64,000 nt of DNA from an uncultured bacterium (GCA_963819815.1 CAWFXL010000001.1:1024001-1088000); one strand, 5' to 3'. Positions 1-10,821 are shown, counted from the first letter of the stretch. The notes: generated by a model from the letters alone, not told the origin. Program-made: numbers and translations.

Positions 1-573
1 ATTACCTCGATGCGCGAAAGATTCGCATATGCTCTTGATCTCTGGAAAAAAGGTGTAGTGTTTACGCATCTTGTATTTCTTGTAGGGGAGCGACCACTTG
101 ATCCTGTGAAAGAATCAGAAGCTATCCTCTATGATGCCCAGAATGTGTATCTCCCTTTTAGACCAGATTGGAAAAACCAGAATGTACAACCTAAGACAGA
201 AACCGATGCAGCAAAGCTTCTTTTTGATCAAGCAAATCTCCCTAAAGAGTTTAAAGATTCGGTAAAGGTAACTTTCATAGATACTCCTATGCAAAAGCTT
301 CCCGATGGCACCTTCAGAAGGCCAAATACAGGAGATACAGTGAATCTCTTTAAGCCGATGCTTGAAAAGACTCCGGGCACGATTCTTGCTATATCCAACC
401 AGCCGTATGTAGGATATCAAGATGCGGTTACAAGAACCCTGCTCGCTGGATACTCTGTAGAAACGGTAGGTGCAAAAGCTAAAGGCAGTCTTCATATCGG
501 TGTTACACTCGACAACCTTGCACGTTGGATCTATCAAGAACACCACTATCAACAATCACTCGCAAAAAAATAA
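1..573 (+). CDS. Hypothetical protein, 5'-partial (possibly DUF218/YdcF-like fold)
   Basis: Frame open from the window edge; RPNTGDT, ISNQPYVGYQ and LDNLARWIY look like conserved blocks; family not certain. Confidence 0.6.
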   Translation: MTSMRERFAYALDLWKKGVVFTHLVFLVGERPLDPVKESEAILYDAQNVYLPFRPDWKNQNVQPKTETDAAKLLFDQANLPKEFKDSVKVTFIDTPMQKLPDGTFRRPNTGDTVNLFKPMLEKTPGTILAISNQPYVGYQDAVTRTLLAGYSVETVGAKAKGSLHIGVTLDNLARWIYQEHHYQQSLAKK

Positions 574-605
574 ACATGTACCAGCTCTGACACCCTAAGA
601 TGGTG

Positions 606-1106
606 TCAGAGCTTACCATTTGTCATACTTGGATACCATTCCAGGCTATATTGATCATAGGAAGATCCTGCTTTGCTGATATGATCCTTATAGAAAGCCT
701 TCTTCACAAAGCCCATTTTTTCATAAAGTCTTATAGATATCTCTTGGGTAACTGTAACAAAGAGAAACAGCTTTTCCATGCTATTATTTCGTGCATATTC
801 TTGGACCTGATAAACTAATGCCCTTCCAATCCCCTTTCCGCGGTATGATGGCTCTACCCAAAAAGAAATGAGCTGGCCGTTCGAGGAATTAATATCTTTG
901 ATTAACCCTATCATTCCTATAATGCGATCATCTATTAAAGCGAACCACATATTACGTATAAAGTCACGCCATTGAGCCTCGTCAAAATGTAGCTCGTCTT
1001 CATAGTTGCCACCAAATGCAAGAGGATCTTCAAGCAAGCCCTTAAGCCTAATAGTTTTGAATCTCAGCCAAGATTCTTGAGAAAGTTGCAAGATCTTAAC
1101 GTTCAA
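606..1106 (-). CDS. GNAT family N-acetyltransferase
   Basis: Acetyl-CoA motif WVEPSYRGKGIGRAL and LYEKMGF. Confidence 0.9.
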   Translation of the reverse strand: MNVKILQLSQESWLRFKTIRLKGLLEDPLAFGGNYEDELHFDEAQWRDFIRNMWFALIDDRIIGMIGLIKDINSSNGQLISFWVEPSYRGKGIGRALVYQVQEYARNNSMEKLFLFVTVTQEISIRLYEKMGFVKKAFYKDHISKAGSSYDQYSLEWYPSMTNGKL

Positions 1107-1525
1107 GGTATTCCTCTCAAAGCAATTTTAGAGTGGAAATGTCTCTTTTTTTGATACTCAGGATACTCATTTTGAGCAAAATATACATTTTGGCGATTAT
1201 GGCCCTGTCAATAACGCTTTACAGCGTTCAACGTGAAATCGACTTTTTTCATTTTGACGTCGAGGCAGGATTCTTCCATGCTTACAATGTGAGACTTCCA
1301 TCTCAGCATTGCCTGACTTGATGATGCGAAAGCGCGTACCGATATTCTTAATCATTCTACTCGTCATACGATTCAATATTTAAATAATTGCAATAAATCA
1401 TTCAACGGGCATAATTTCTTGTCAATCCACGAAAAAGGTCTCTAACCTGGCCAATAGGCCACCATTCAACATGTTCTTTCTCTTCTGGTATACTCCTAGT
1501 ATATGATTAACCATACTACCAGAAT

Positions 1526-4435
1526 ATGACTATGACCGCGCACAATAGATTTTTCACATTACTAGTATCTGTTCTCACTATACTGCCTCTTGTAGCTCTT
1601 AATGGCCAATCAGAAGGACCACGTGGGTGGCATCTGGTTAATACTACCGCAACACCAGTGGGTATTGCCTGGTATACCACTAAGACAGAGAGACACAGCA
1701 TCCAGCCCTCAGGTGAAGCAGTACAAAACTCCGAACCGATAATTATAGAGCAAGGGGAGTCCGAATTTATTAAAGCTCCTACCCATGATTCAGAGAATTT
1801 TCTTCAACTTGCTGTAACACAGAGCCCTGCATTGCTTAAACCGAACTTATCTTCCTCTACTAGTGGTATTGATGATAGGTTGGGAATTTTTATGTTTGAT
1901 AAAAAGACCCTTAAACTACTTAAAAAGCCCCTGCTCCAGTACCTTCCTTCAAACCCTAAGCTCTATATCACTCAGCCAGTGGGCTCAACGCAACTAATAC
2001 TCATTCCTAGCCCAAAGCCACTATCCCCTGAAAAACTCTGTGCAGAAGGCTGGTTACTGCGTAATGCAGCAAACCGACCATTGTATGCGGGATGGTACGT
2101 TTCCACATGGGATTCCAAGCAACACCTCTATAGGGAGCCTGCTCTTGGAACAGATCAAACTATTTTTATGCTAGAACCTGGAGAAAACGCACCAATGTGC
2201 CACCCTCGTGAAGTAAGAAATCAGAAGTGGCAACTGTTGATGTCTTTTGACAATGATTCTTTAACTAAAACGGTTGTCTACGATGCTGCAAAAAATCTTC
2301 CTCAGCGGATTGTGAGCAGAGTAAAGGTTGATTTAGGTCCTTATACAACTCGATGGGACATCTATGATCAGAAGGGATCCCCTTCTTTAGTTCCACATAC
2401 GCATCTTTTGCAATTCGTTAATACAACAAATAACCCACTCTACTGCGCTATGTATTATGTAGATTCATCAGGCGCTACCAAATATGGGCCACGTGATTAT
2501 GTAACAGAGATTCTACCACAGTTGAGTTGCGAAGTACCCTATCCCCCTCGCCTCTGGTGGCACACCACTAAGCTTTTGATTGCAAGAGAGGACCAAAAAC
2601 ATTTGCTCAATGAACCCTTTTTAACGCCAAACCAACTTACGAGCCTCCATATAAAAGATTTTCAGAAGAGTAGCTTCACCAATTGGTACATCGAAGCAGC
2701 TTTTGCTATCGAGCCACACAGATTTAACCCTGATTTGCTTCATGTAAGCTCTATCGGAGGCAGTCTTATTCAACGTCTTGCCCGACTTGCTGTTGATATG
2801 GACTCCTTTAAAGGGTCGCGTATTAAGAAATATGAAGAAGCCTTTCTACGCCAAGATCCCCGCTATATGCCTGATCCGGAGATCATCGCGGCAATGGGAC
2901 GCCCTTCAGTACTTACCGATCCTTCGCAAAGGACTATGGAAGAAGAGTTTGTTGTAAGGCGTAGTGAAATAGTACGCAATGCACTGAATAACCTTTTTGG
3001 TGAAGAAGTTATCCCTCAAGGAGCTTATGTTCCCAAAATTGCTATCGTATTTACCGGCGGCGGCTATCGAGCTATGATCGAAACTATTGGGTTTATAGAA
3101 GGTGCGGCCAGTGAACGGGGCGGTAATATTTTTGATTGCTGTACCTATGTAGCTGGACTATCAGGTTCTACCTGGGCCATTAATGGGCTTGTCGCGTCAG
3201 GACTTTCTCCGAGCGGTTTTGCGAAACACCAAAAACACAAAGTTGGTGAAGGCGGCCTGCTGCCACTTAAAACACTTATTAGCAACCTTATTGAACAGAG
3301 TGCTACCTATCCTGAACAGCGCTTCATTGAAAGCAGATATAATAAATTTCATGGACCTATCGGATTATATGGTCATGCCTTAACCCATGCTCTTTTGCAA
3401 GGATTTGAAATCGAAGGACGAGATGCTCATACGATGAAACTATCAGATCTTCGTACCAATTTAGCCAATGCAAAATATCCACTGCCTTTGAGTGTCGCGG
3501 TTGATCCAGGAAACTCTGATAAAGAAAGAGTCTGGTATGAGTTCAGCCCCTATTATTGTGGAACTTTACAAGAGCAAGGAAGCTGGATCGACACAAAGCT
3601 GCTCGGCTGCAGCTTCTATAAGGGCCGCCCTGTTCACATTGTTCCTGAGTATCCTCTTGCTCAGCACTTTGGGATTTGGGGTTCTGGCTTTGCACTCTCT
3701 CCTGAAGATATTGAAAAAGCTTCATCTTTTGGAGGATTTCTTACTCGTTCAATTTCCAATATAAGCAAAGGATTCTCAAAAGCCTATGCGTTACTTTTCT
3801 CTGAACCTTCAGATGACTCGCTGGCTCCTGGAAGAGTAACTGCAGGTACGATACCTAATTATAATTACCAAAGACCAGATGCTCTTGAAGGAATCGCTTC
3901 AAAGCCACTGCTCCACTTCATTGATGCAGGGATAACTATGGAAGGACAAGAGCGGCATAATTTTGGAACGATACCCGCTCTATGGCGCAATGTAGATATG
4001 CTCATTATGTGCGATTGTACAGGTTTCCCTAACGGCAATATGCACTCAGAATACCTATTTGCTGCAGATGAAGAAGCTAAACGACAACGATTACCGTTCC
4101 CTAACCTTACACGAAGCACACGACATGTGGCTACCCTTAAGAATGTAGACAAAGAGATCACTTCAGTATTTGTTGAAGAGAATGCACCCATCGTTGTGTA
4201 TATGCAAGCCAAGAAGAACAGACGGTACAATGGCTATTTAGCAGGAAGACCTGGTCCTTTCATGAATGGTTTTGATCCAGATTCCACCGTTACTGAATTT
4301 ACCTCATATGCTAACTTCAGCTATACGCCGGAGCAGTATGAGGTTCTTCGCGGTCTGACCAAATCTATCTTCATTCAAAGCAAAGAGGCGATAAAATCGG
4401 CCATCGCAAAAGCAGTAGAACGATCGATAAACTAG
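1526..4435 (+). CDS. Exported cPLA2/lysophospholipase-type phospholipase with three N-terminal repeated domains
   Basis: Signal peptide; IAIVFTGGGYRAM oxyanion motif, nucleophile motif GLSGSTW, WYEFSPY, FIDAG catalytic Asp. Confidence 0.85.
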   Translation: MTMTAHNRFFTLLVSVLTILPLVALNGQSEGPRGWHLVNTTATPVGIAWYTTKTERHSIQPSGEAVQNSEPIIIEQGESEFIKAPTHDSENFLQLAVTQSPALLKPNLSSSTSGIDDRLGIFMFDKKTLKLLKKPLLQYLPSNPKLYITQPVGSTQLILIPSPKPLSPEKLCAEGWLLRNAANRPLYAGWYVSTWDSKQHLYREPALGTDQTIFMLEPGENAPMCHPREVRNQKWQLLMSFDNDSLTKTVVYDAAKNLPQRIVSRVKVDLGPYTTRWDIYDQKGSPSLVPHTHLLQFVNTTNNPLYCAMYYVDSSGATKYGPRDYVTEILPQLSCEVPYPPRLWWHTTKLLIAREDQKHLLNEPFLTPNQLTSLHIKDFQKSSFTNWYIEAAFAIEPHRFNPDLLHVSSIGGSLIQRLARLAVDMDSFKGSRIKKYEEAFLRQDPRYMPDPEIIAAMGRPSVLTDPSQRTMEEEFVVRRSEIVRNALNNLFGEEVIPQGAYVPKIAIVFTGGGYRAMIETIGFIEGAASERGGNIFDCCTYVAGLSGSTWAINGLVASGLSPSGFAKHQKHKVGEGGLLPLKTLISNLIEQSATYPEQRFIESRYNKFHGPIGLYGHALTHALLQGFEIEGRDAHTMKLSDLRTNLANAKYPLPLSVAVDPGNSDKERVWYEFSPYYCGTLQEQGSWIDTKLLGCSFYKGRPVHIVPEYPLAQHFGIWGSGFALSPEDIEKASSFGGFLTRSISNISKGFSKAYALLFSEPSDDSLAPGRVTAGTIPNYNYQRPDALEGIASKPLLHFIDAGITMEGQERHNFGTIPALWRNVDMLIMCDCTGFPNGNMHSEYLFAADEEAKRQRLPFPNLTRSTRHVATLKNVDKEITSVFVEENAPIVVYMQAKKNRRYNGYLAGRPGPFMNGFDPDSTVTEFTSYANFSYTPEQYEVLRGLTKSIFIQSKEAIKSAIAKAVERSIN

Positions 4436-4555
4436 GATCTTGAACCGAAAAGACCTAGTAACCGGACGTAAGAAACTACCCAAAGCCTTGTAGAAGAAAC
4501 CTTTTTATAGTATGTTGAAGCTGCATAAAAAGAAAAAAAGGTTCTCTACAGCGCT

Positions 4556-5941
4556 ATGAAGTACTTCATAAAAATTTTTAGTCTATTGCTCTTATCACAT
4601 GCCCTGCTCAATGCAGAAAGCTGCGTAAAGTGCTGCCCTCCTTTGCCCCCCGAAGACTGGACCTGTCGAGATAGAGCCATCTGGGAACAACCAGTATGTC
4701 CCCCCCCTTCTGGAAGACCTATCAGCTATAATCGCTTCCTTGAAGGAGCGGTAGTCAAGGTAAAGCCCTATGGCTATGTAAAATGGGAATCCTATTGGGA
4801 TACTCGACAGATAGCAGGATTCAGAGATGGCCAAGTGCTCCTGTTTCCACTTCCCGTTCTGCTTGATCCTTTGCGCATAGATATTAATGACCATGGCTTC
4901 TGGCAAATGACAGCGATTGAAACCCGAGTAGGCCTCGCTCTCTATGGCCCTGAATGGCACTGCATGAAAGTTACCGGTCTTATTGAAGCTGATTTTCGGG
5001 GAATTACCGATGTAACCATTGGGGAGTTTAGATTACGACATGCTCTTGGCTGTATTGCATGGGAAAGTGGTTCCTTCCTTTTTGGGCAATGGTGGCACCC
5101 TTTATACATTCTTGAATGTTTTCCACATACGATTTCATATAACATCGGTGCCCCTATGGATCCTCAGGCCCGAGAACCTCAACTCAAGCTTACTCAACGA
5201 TGGAAGTGGTTTGAGCTTATTTTAGCTATAGCTGCCCAAAGAGATTATGCCAGTAACGGCCCCATTGGTATTTCGACAACCTATATCAGTAACTCAGCAA
5301 CTCCAAATCTCCATCTGCAAATGCGAGCTTATGGCAATGACAACAATAATGTCATAGGAGCGGCCGTAGATTATTTGAGGCTCTGTCCACGCATTGAAAG
5401 CCTTACGGGATATAGCGTAGATGAATATATTGGAAGTGTTACCGTCGAAGCATTTGCTGCCTGTAGATACGCTCCTTGGTCATTACGATCAAAAGTCTTC
5501 TGGTCTGAAAATGGTAACGATCAGCTATTAATAAGTGGCTTTGGTGTACGAAGTGTTGAACCTATTACCGACAAGCGTACCTATAGCAATACCGCAGCAG
5601 TCGGCGCCTGGCTCGATTTTTCGTATCTATTTGGCTGCGATGATATAGAGCTCGGATTCTTTACTGGTTGGACCAAAAATCTAGGATCTCGACATCGTCT
5701 CTATATTGATCCCACAACCAAACAGCCGATCATTTATGCGCTTACTGCGTTTGGTCCGAGCCTTGAGTATGTTGCTCGGGTATCTCCTCGTTTTATTATT
5801 AAGAAAGATCCTATTCGCTTTGGCGCAGAGTTTGAGGTAACCCGCGCCGCCTTTGGCACCCTTAACTCCTGCGGTAAAGTAACTCATGGTATTCCTGTAA
5901 CGGGGTATCGTGTGCTGCTAGCAATCTATTATATGTTCTGA
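4556..5941 (+). CDS. Outer-membrane beta-barrel, DcaP-like porin
   Basis: Signal peptide; KPYGYVK, TRVGL, IEADF, FRLRHA, LFGQWW motifs; aromatic C-terminus YYMF. Confidence 0.7.
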   Translation: MKYFIKIFSLLLLSHALLNAESCVKCCPPLPPEDWTCRDRAIWEQPVCPPPSGRPISYNRFLEGAVVKVKPYGYVKWESYWDTRQIAGFRDGQVLLFPLPVLLDPLRIDINDHGFWQMTAIETRVGLALYGPEWHCMKVTGLIEADFRGITDVTIGEFRLRHALGCIAWESGSFLFGQWWHPLYILECFPHTISYNIGAPMDPQAREPQLKLTQRWKWFELILAIAAQRDYASNGPIGISTTYISNSATPNLHLQMRAYGNDNNNVIGAAVDYLRLCPRIESLTGYSVDEYIGSVTVEAFAACRYAPWSLRSKVFWSENGNDQLLISGFGVRSVEPITDKRTYSNTAAVGAWLDFSYLFGCDDIELGFFTGWTKNLGSRHRLYIDPTTKQPIIYALTAFGPSLEYVARVSPRFIIKKDPIRFGAEFEVTRAAFGTLNSCGKVTHGIPVTGYRVLLAIYYMF

Positions 5942-6277
5942 AATTTTCTTACATTCGATCTCTTTTTTTACTGTTGCTCCATACCACATAGGACAGCGCA
6001 AAACTATGTTATATCTCTTTAGATTGGGTTTTCCCCTATTTTTCCAGACAATTTCACACCTACAAAAAATTTGTCTTATCTCTTGAAATAAAGAAGAGTT
6101 TTTTTATATGATGCCTATCGACGGAATTAATTTCTTGTTGATTACAACGTGGAGGTGTATCGATTATAACGCAAAGGCTCTTTGTATCTCTAGAGATACC
6201 TGTTATTAAAATATCTTAAAAAAAGGGCGGCAACCTTTCAATAATGAAAGACATTCTGCCAAAAAAAAGGAACAACT

Positions 6278-6871
6278 ATGAACATGTTTTCTAAAGTAAT
6301 GTCACTTGGGTTACTCGTAAGTCTCTTGGTATCTGTGCCTGCTTTTGCAGGAAAACACGATGAGCGCGATCGTGATGAAAAATGTTGCTATAATAAACAC
6401 AAGCATGACGAAAAATGCTGCAATGATAGACACGACCGTGATGAAAAATGTAGCCTTACAGGTGCTTATACTGCTCAAATGACCAAATCTGGCACTCAAG
6501 ATGATTTTGCTGTTGTTCAATTCAATGACGATGGCACACTGGTAATATCTGATACATTAGGCACCACAAGCCTGGGAGGTACTAATCTCTTTTCTACCAT
6601 ATACACAGGAACTTGGAAATGTGTTGGCAATCGTTGCTTCACATTTTGCGCTACAAGCATATTAGTCATGCCGGCAACACCAAAGAATATCGCATACCGT
6701 ACTAAAGTCTCTGGTACGATTTGCTTCGATCCAACATGCCAAATGGGTACAAGTACCGGTGATTTTACCCTTACTTTTTATGCTATTACGGATCTTACAT
6801 TGAAAAACCCACTTACAACCCCACCTCAATTAGATTTGGGTACTCTTGTTATACAGCGCCTAGCCTGTTAA
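6278..6871 (+). CDS. Exported Cys/His-rich hypothetical protein
   Basis: Signal peptide ending AFA; DEKC occurs three times in a His/Asp-rich segment; beta-rich C-terminal domain; SD AAGGA. Confidence 0.75.
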   Translation: MNMFSKVMSLGLLVSLLVSVPAFAGKHDERDRDEKCCYNKHKHDEKCCNDRHDRDEKCSLTGAYTAQMTKSGTQDDFAVVQFNDDGTLVISDTLGTTSLGGTNLFSTIYTGTWKCVGNRCFTFCATSILVMPATPKNIAYRTKVSGTICFDPTCQMGTSTGDFTLTFYAITDLTLKNPLTTPPQLDLGTLVIQRLAC

Positions 6872-6886
6872 CTAAGTAAAGCATGT

Positions 6887-6916
6887 CGACAGCCAAGAGA
6901 TTTTTCTTGGCTGTCG
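6887..6916 (+). terminator. Stem-loop after the 6278 gene
   Basis: 12-bp stem CGACAGCCAAGA / TCTTGGCTGTCG; no clear U-tract. Confidence 0.55.
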
Positions 6917-7201
6917 GTACGTGTCAGAAGAATTACCATTAACTTATACTCTTAACTTGATATCCACTCGTTACAATTCTTGGGTGTATCTAGAGCAACC
7001 CAACAACAGTTGGTGATTTTTCATACCGTTCTGCTGCAATGCTAGGGAAGTTGGCTTCTTTACAAATCTGACAAAAAGCCTCAGATCTCGACATCATCAT
7101 ATAAGGCTTTTCCTTAAGCTCACCAGGCACCCCAAAACTATTGACTTAATGATGCGAAAAAGAGCACCCTAGGTCCATGACGAAATACCGAGTGGGCCAG
7201 T

Positions 7202-8362
7202 ATGAAACAAACTTTATTCTTATGCATTTTTACCGCCATACCCCTCGTAGGTGTGAAGGGCATTCATGTTGCTCAACCTATATCTCTTAATAACGTTGCT
7301 CATTTTGAGAGTAAGCGTTGTAAGCAACTGCTTCAAGAAGTAGTTCAGCAGCGCGAAAACAGTGGCTATGCAGGCCGTTTTGTTATGAAGCTCACTCCCT
7401 ACCCGGAAACTACCTTTGTGGTTTGGGGACCTTTAAAAGGATCCTATTCTTCCCTGATGCGCACGCTTAGCTCTATCCAAACGCTTGGTATTATTGATCA
7501 ATATCTAAAGATTGTGCACAAAGATACCTATCTTGTATTCAATGGGGATGCTATCAGCGACTCAGAGACTTCACTTGAAACTCTCATGCTCATCCTAACC
7601 TTAATGAAACTTAATCCTACTCAAGTACTCTATATCAAGGGGGAAGCAGAGCAGGAGCTCCAGTGGCAAAATGATGGCCTTAAAAAGGCGCTCCAGCAAA
7701 AATCATTGTCCTTTCCCGGTCAAAAGTCTTCTATAACTAAACTTATCTCCCGTTTTTTTAATACGTTGCCGCTTGCACTCTATATTACCGGAATAAATCC
7801 TCTTGATGGAGCTCTTCGTATTTCTTACTTTCCACGAACATCACGTGAAATCGATGAAACCCACTGTGGGAAAACTCTTACAAATGCCCTACTTAATGTT
7901 CCTCAGATCTGCTCCTTATCATCTTCAGAAAAAGCTCCTGTACCTATCAAGGCAACAATTACCAGTGAGCAGCGGCTCATGAGCTATCAACAGCATCCGG
8001 GACTTACTCTGGTAGAACCGGATAAAGGATCGGTTACCTGGAGCATTTTTTCAGGACCTACCCCACATTATCAACGAGAGTACCAATTTTTCAGGGACGC
8101 TTTTGCACTCATTAAAACGGGCAAAACGATCGATGAAGCACTGATCGAGCTCTACAGCGCAGATCTTCGTACAGGAGAAAATATTCATCTGGTAGGTTCA
8201 TATGATATTATGACCGGCATCGAAAGAAATCCACGACAACTATCTAAAAAACCAGCTCTCAACATAGACAAGAATATTATGTCGTTGTATACCCAGCTTG
8301 AGTCACTGATAGCACAGGCTACCCAGCTTACTGAGATGCTTATAGAGAGGGGAGCTACATGA
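7202..8362 (+). CDS. Exported metallophosphoesterase (PPP-like) protein with degenerate catalytic motifs
   Basis: Signal peptide; GPLKG (for GDxHG), FNGDAISDS (for GDxVDRG), IKGEAE (for RGNHE), FFNTLPLA, SIFSGPTPHY (SAPNY-like). Confidence 0.7.
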   Translation: MKQTLFLCIFTAIPLVGVKGIHVAQPISLNNVAHFESKRCKQLLQEVVQQRENSGYAGRFVMKLTPYPETTFVVWGPLKGSYSSLMRTLSSIQTLGIIDQYLKIVHKDTYLVFNGDAISDSETSLETLMLILTLMKLNPTQVLYIKGEAEQELQWQNDGLKKALQQKSLSFPGQKSSITKLISRFFNTLPLALYITGINPLDGALRISYFPRTSREIDETHCGKTLTNALLNVPQICSLSSSEKAPVPIKATITSEQRLMSYQQHPGLTLVEPDKGSVTWSIFSGPTPHYQREYQFFRDAFALIKTGKTIDEALIELYSADLRTGENIHLVGSYDIMTGIERNPRQLSKKPALNIDKNIMSLYTQLESLIAQATQLTEMLIERGAT

Positions 8363-10821
8363 AAATGTTCATTGCCATGACCCTTTTGATGAGCCTCGGT
8401 ATGAGCAAGAGCATAGCGGGATTTATCAATCTAGATGAGCAACAGCGCTACGCAGCATCGGTGCCTGAGTTTCCTCAGGAATCTCCCGAATCGGGCTACC
8501 AGAAACTCTACGCCTCACTGACCCCAAGCTGGTTACATAGGACACTTTCACAGATCGGTTTGAGAAAAAAGCCCGCATGGAAACCCTCAGATGCAAACTT
8601 GATCATATCAAGTACCTATGAACTTCTTACTAAAACTTCCTCCAACCCGAAGGTAACACTCACGCTCTTACCAGATTCTGAATGTATCGTTTTTGGTGGC
8701 GTTCGAGGTGCCTTTCATTCGCTTACTCGCGCATTACATGATCTTCAAAAACGAGGAATAATTGACACTACCTATAGGCTCAAACCGGGTGTGTATATGG
8801 TATTTCTTGGCGATACACTCGACTATTCTGCGTATGCTCTTGAAACGCTAAGCCTTATCCTTACTCTGCAGAAAGCAAATACTCGGCAAGTTGTTTTCCT
8901 GGCTGGGCACGTAGAATCAAATCAAACATGGCACAGCTCTGGCTTACACAAAGAGCTTATCTTGAGACTTCCTAACCAAATCGCTGAACTTACTAAAAAG
9001 ATCGATACCATCTTTTCAAAGCTCCCAAGAGAACTCCTCGTTCGTCTCGAAGGCACCTCAGACTCTCTTCTCTTTTCCGCTTTTACAAAAGAGCACGAAC
9101 AAGGAGTATCTGCCATTATAACGAGCGATGAAAAAGCTCCTTCTTACCATGAAGGCCAAGGTCTCTATAAGAAGGTTCCTCAAGAAGGGCCTATTACCTG
9201 GCAAGTGGTCTCCTCCCCCATCAGAGAGTATCGTATGAAGCATAGATTTTTCTATGATGCCTATGCGCTTATACAGCTCTCAACAACTCTTAAGGAAAGT
9301 ATCATTTCACTGTATGCAAGCAAGGGAACTGTTCCTTTCACACTCAGTGCTACCTACAATCTGCTTACCGGAACAGTTCTTACTCGTGGTCGTGCATTCC
9401 CCACCATGCATCATACTCCAAATCCCCTTTCAGCTCAGGAGCGTGCATTACATATTTCTACACTCAAAGAACTGACTGATAACCTGCAAAATGAACTAGC
9501 ATCGCTTACTATACAGATAGACCTACCCCAAAGTGATAGTGCTGCACCGACTATCGAGTTACCACCGCTTATTAAGAAACTGGCTGAGGGTGCTTCCCTC
9601 ACTCCTCAGGAAATGGATGAGGCACTTTCAGACATTGAATTTCTATACAATACCCTCAGCACCGAGATGATACATCTCCGTTCCTTAGCGCAAAAAAATG
9701 GGCTCAAGCTTGCATCACCTACCTCCTCAGACTCCAAGACTACGATCACCCTTGGATCGTCTCTTGATCTTTCAAAGAGCGCTAAAGGGCTGGGAATTCC
9801 CTTCAAAACGGGCATGTCGTTAAAAGTCCATGAGCAAAATCGTGCAGGTGGAATCCATGGTAAGCGAGCACATATTATTTTCCTTGATGACGCTTATCGT
9901 CCCGCACTTGCCGAGAAAAATATTGAAACGTTCCTCTCTGTTGATCATACTCCTTTTATTCTTGCACCAGTAGGCAGCCCAACCCTTGCAGCATCACTTG
10001 ATCTTATTGAACAGAAAAAAATACTTGTCCTGTTTCCACAAAGTGGTTCTCTTCTTTTTAGAAAACCTTTGCTTACCCATGTGATTAACTTCAGAGCCTC
10101 GTTTCATGATGAAGGGCGTCTACTTACCGAGTTTGTCATCGAAAAATATCGATCTAAAAAGTTTGTCTTCTTCTACCAAGATGATGAGTTTGGCACAGGA
10201 GTTCTAGAAGGGGCAAAAGATGCACTCAAAACTATGAAGAATACTCAAGCAACAGAAGTCGGCTACCAAGCAAATACCACGAGCTTCGAATCATTAGCAA
10301 CTAAAATAAAAGAAGCAAATCCCGATGCTATAGGTCTCTTTGCCACAGGTCCTGCCGTGTTACAACTTATTCGGGACCTTGGCGTTGAGTTTCTCGCCAA
10401 CAAGATTCTCTTTGCCGTCTCCTCAGTTGGAGATGCAGTAACCAAAAAAGTCTTACAAGAGCGGGGCATCTCTCTTATTATGGGCCAAGTGGTTCCCGAC
10501 CTAACGACAAGCACCCTACCTATCGTTGTGGAGTATCGCAAGGAACTTGCAGCCCAGGGACTTAAGGAAGATGTATTTGGTCTTGAGGCATATATCAACA
10601 CAAGTCTGACCTTCAATGCGATGAACTCGGTAAGCGAACCGATAACGATGAGTAAGCTGATCGAACATTTTGAGCAGATGAAACAGTATGAGTATAAAGG
10701 GTTAACCCTTACGTTTGATCCCAAGTCCCGTTCATTAGGACAGAATATGTGGATTATTAATAAAAATGGAACTGCGCACGAAATGAAGATAGGAGGTTCT
10801 CATGAAAAAGGTACTCCCTAG
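8359..10821 (+). CDS. Exported PPP-like pseudophosphatase fused to a type I periplasmic binding (LivJ-like) domain
   Basis: N-half GGVRGAFHSL, FLGDTLDY, LAGHVE; C-half NRAGGIHG, LDDAYRP, PVGSPT, FYQDDEFG, GLEAYIN; ATGA overlap with upstream gene. Confidence 0.8.
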   Translation: MKMFIAMTLLMSLGMSKSIAGFINLDEQQRYAASVPEFPQESPESGYQKLYASLTPSWLHRTLSQIGLRKKPAWKPSDANLIISSTYELLTKTSSNPKVTLTLLPDSECIVFGGVRGAFHSLTRALHDLQKRGIIDTTYRLKPGVYMVFLGDTLDYSAYALETLSLILTLQKANTRQVVFLAGHVESNQTWHSSGLHKELILRLPNQIAELTKKIDTIFSKLPRELLVRLEGTSDSLLFSAFTKEHEQGVSAIITSDEKAPSYHEGQGLYKKVPQEGPITWQVVSSPIREYRMKHRFFYDAYALIQLSTTLKESIISLYASKGTVPFTLSATYNLLTGTVLTRGRAFPTMHHTPNPLSAQERALHISTLKELTDNLQNELASLTIQIDLPQSDSAAPTIELPPLIKKLAEGASLTPQEMDEALSDIEFLYNTLSTEMIHLRSLAQKNGLKLASPTSSDSKTTITLGSSLDLSKSAKGLGIPFKTGMSLKVHEQNRAGGIHGKRAHIIFLDDAYRPALAEKNIETFLSVDHTPFILAPVGSPTLAASLDLIEQKKILVLFPQSGSLLFRKPLLTHVINFRASFHDEGRLLTEFVIEKYRSKKFVFFYQDDEFGTGVLEGAKDALKTMKNTQATEVGYQANTTSFESLATKIKEANPDAIGLFATGPAVLQLIRDLGVEFLANKILFAVSSVGDAVTKKVLQERGISLIMGQVVPDLTTSTLPIVVEYRKELAAQGLKEDVFGLEAYINTSLTFNAMNSVSEPITMSKLIEHFEQMKQYEYKGLTLTFDPKSRSLGQNMWIINKNGTAHEMKIGGSHEKGTP

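Noticed and set aside
1314..7159. TGACTTRATGATGCGAAA shared upstream of the phospholipase gene and the channel operon
   Set aside because: A single 17/18 match is roughly expected by chance in 64 kb, and no third copy was seen
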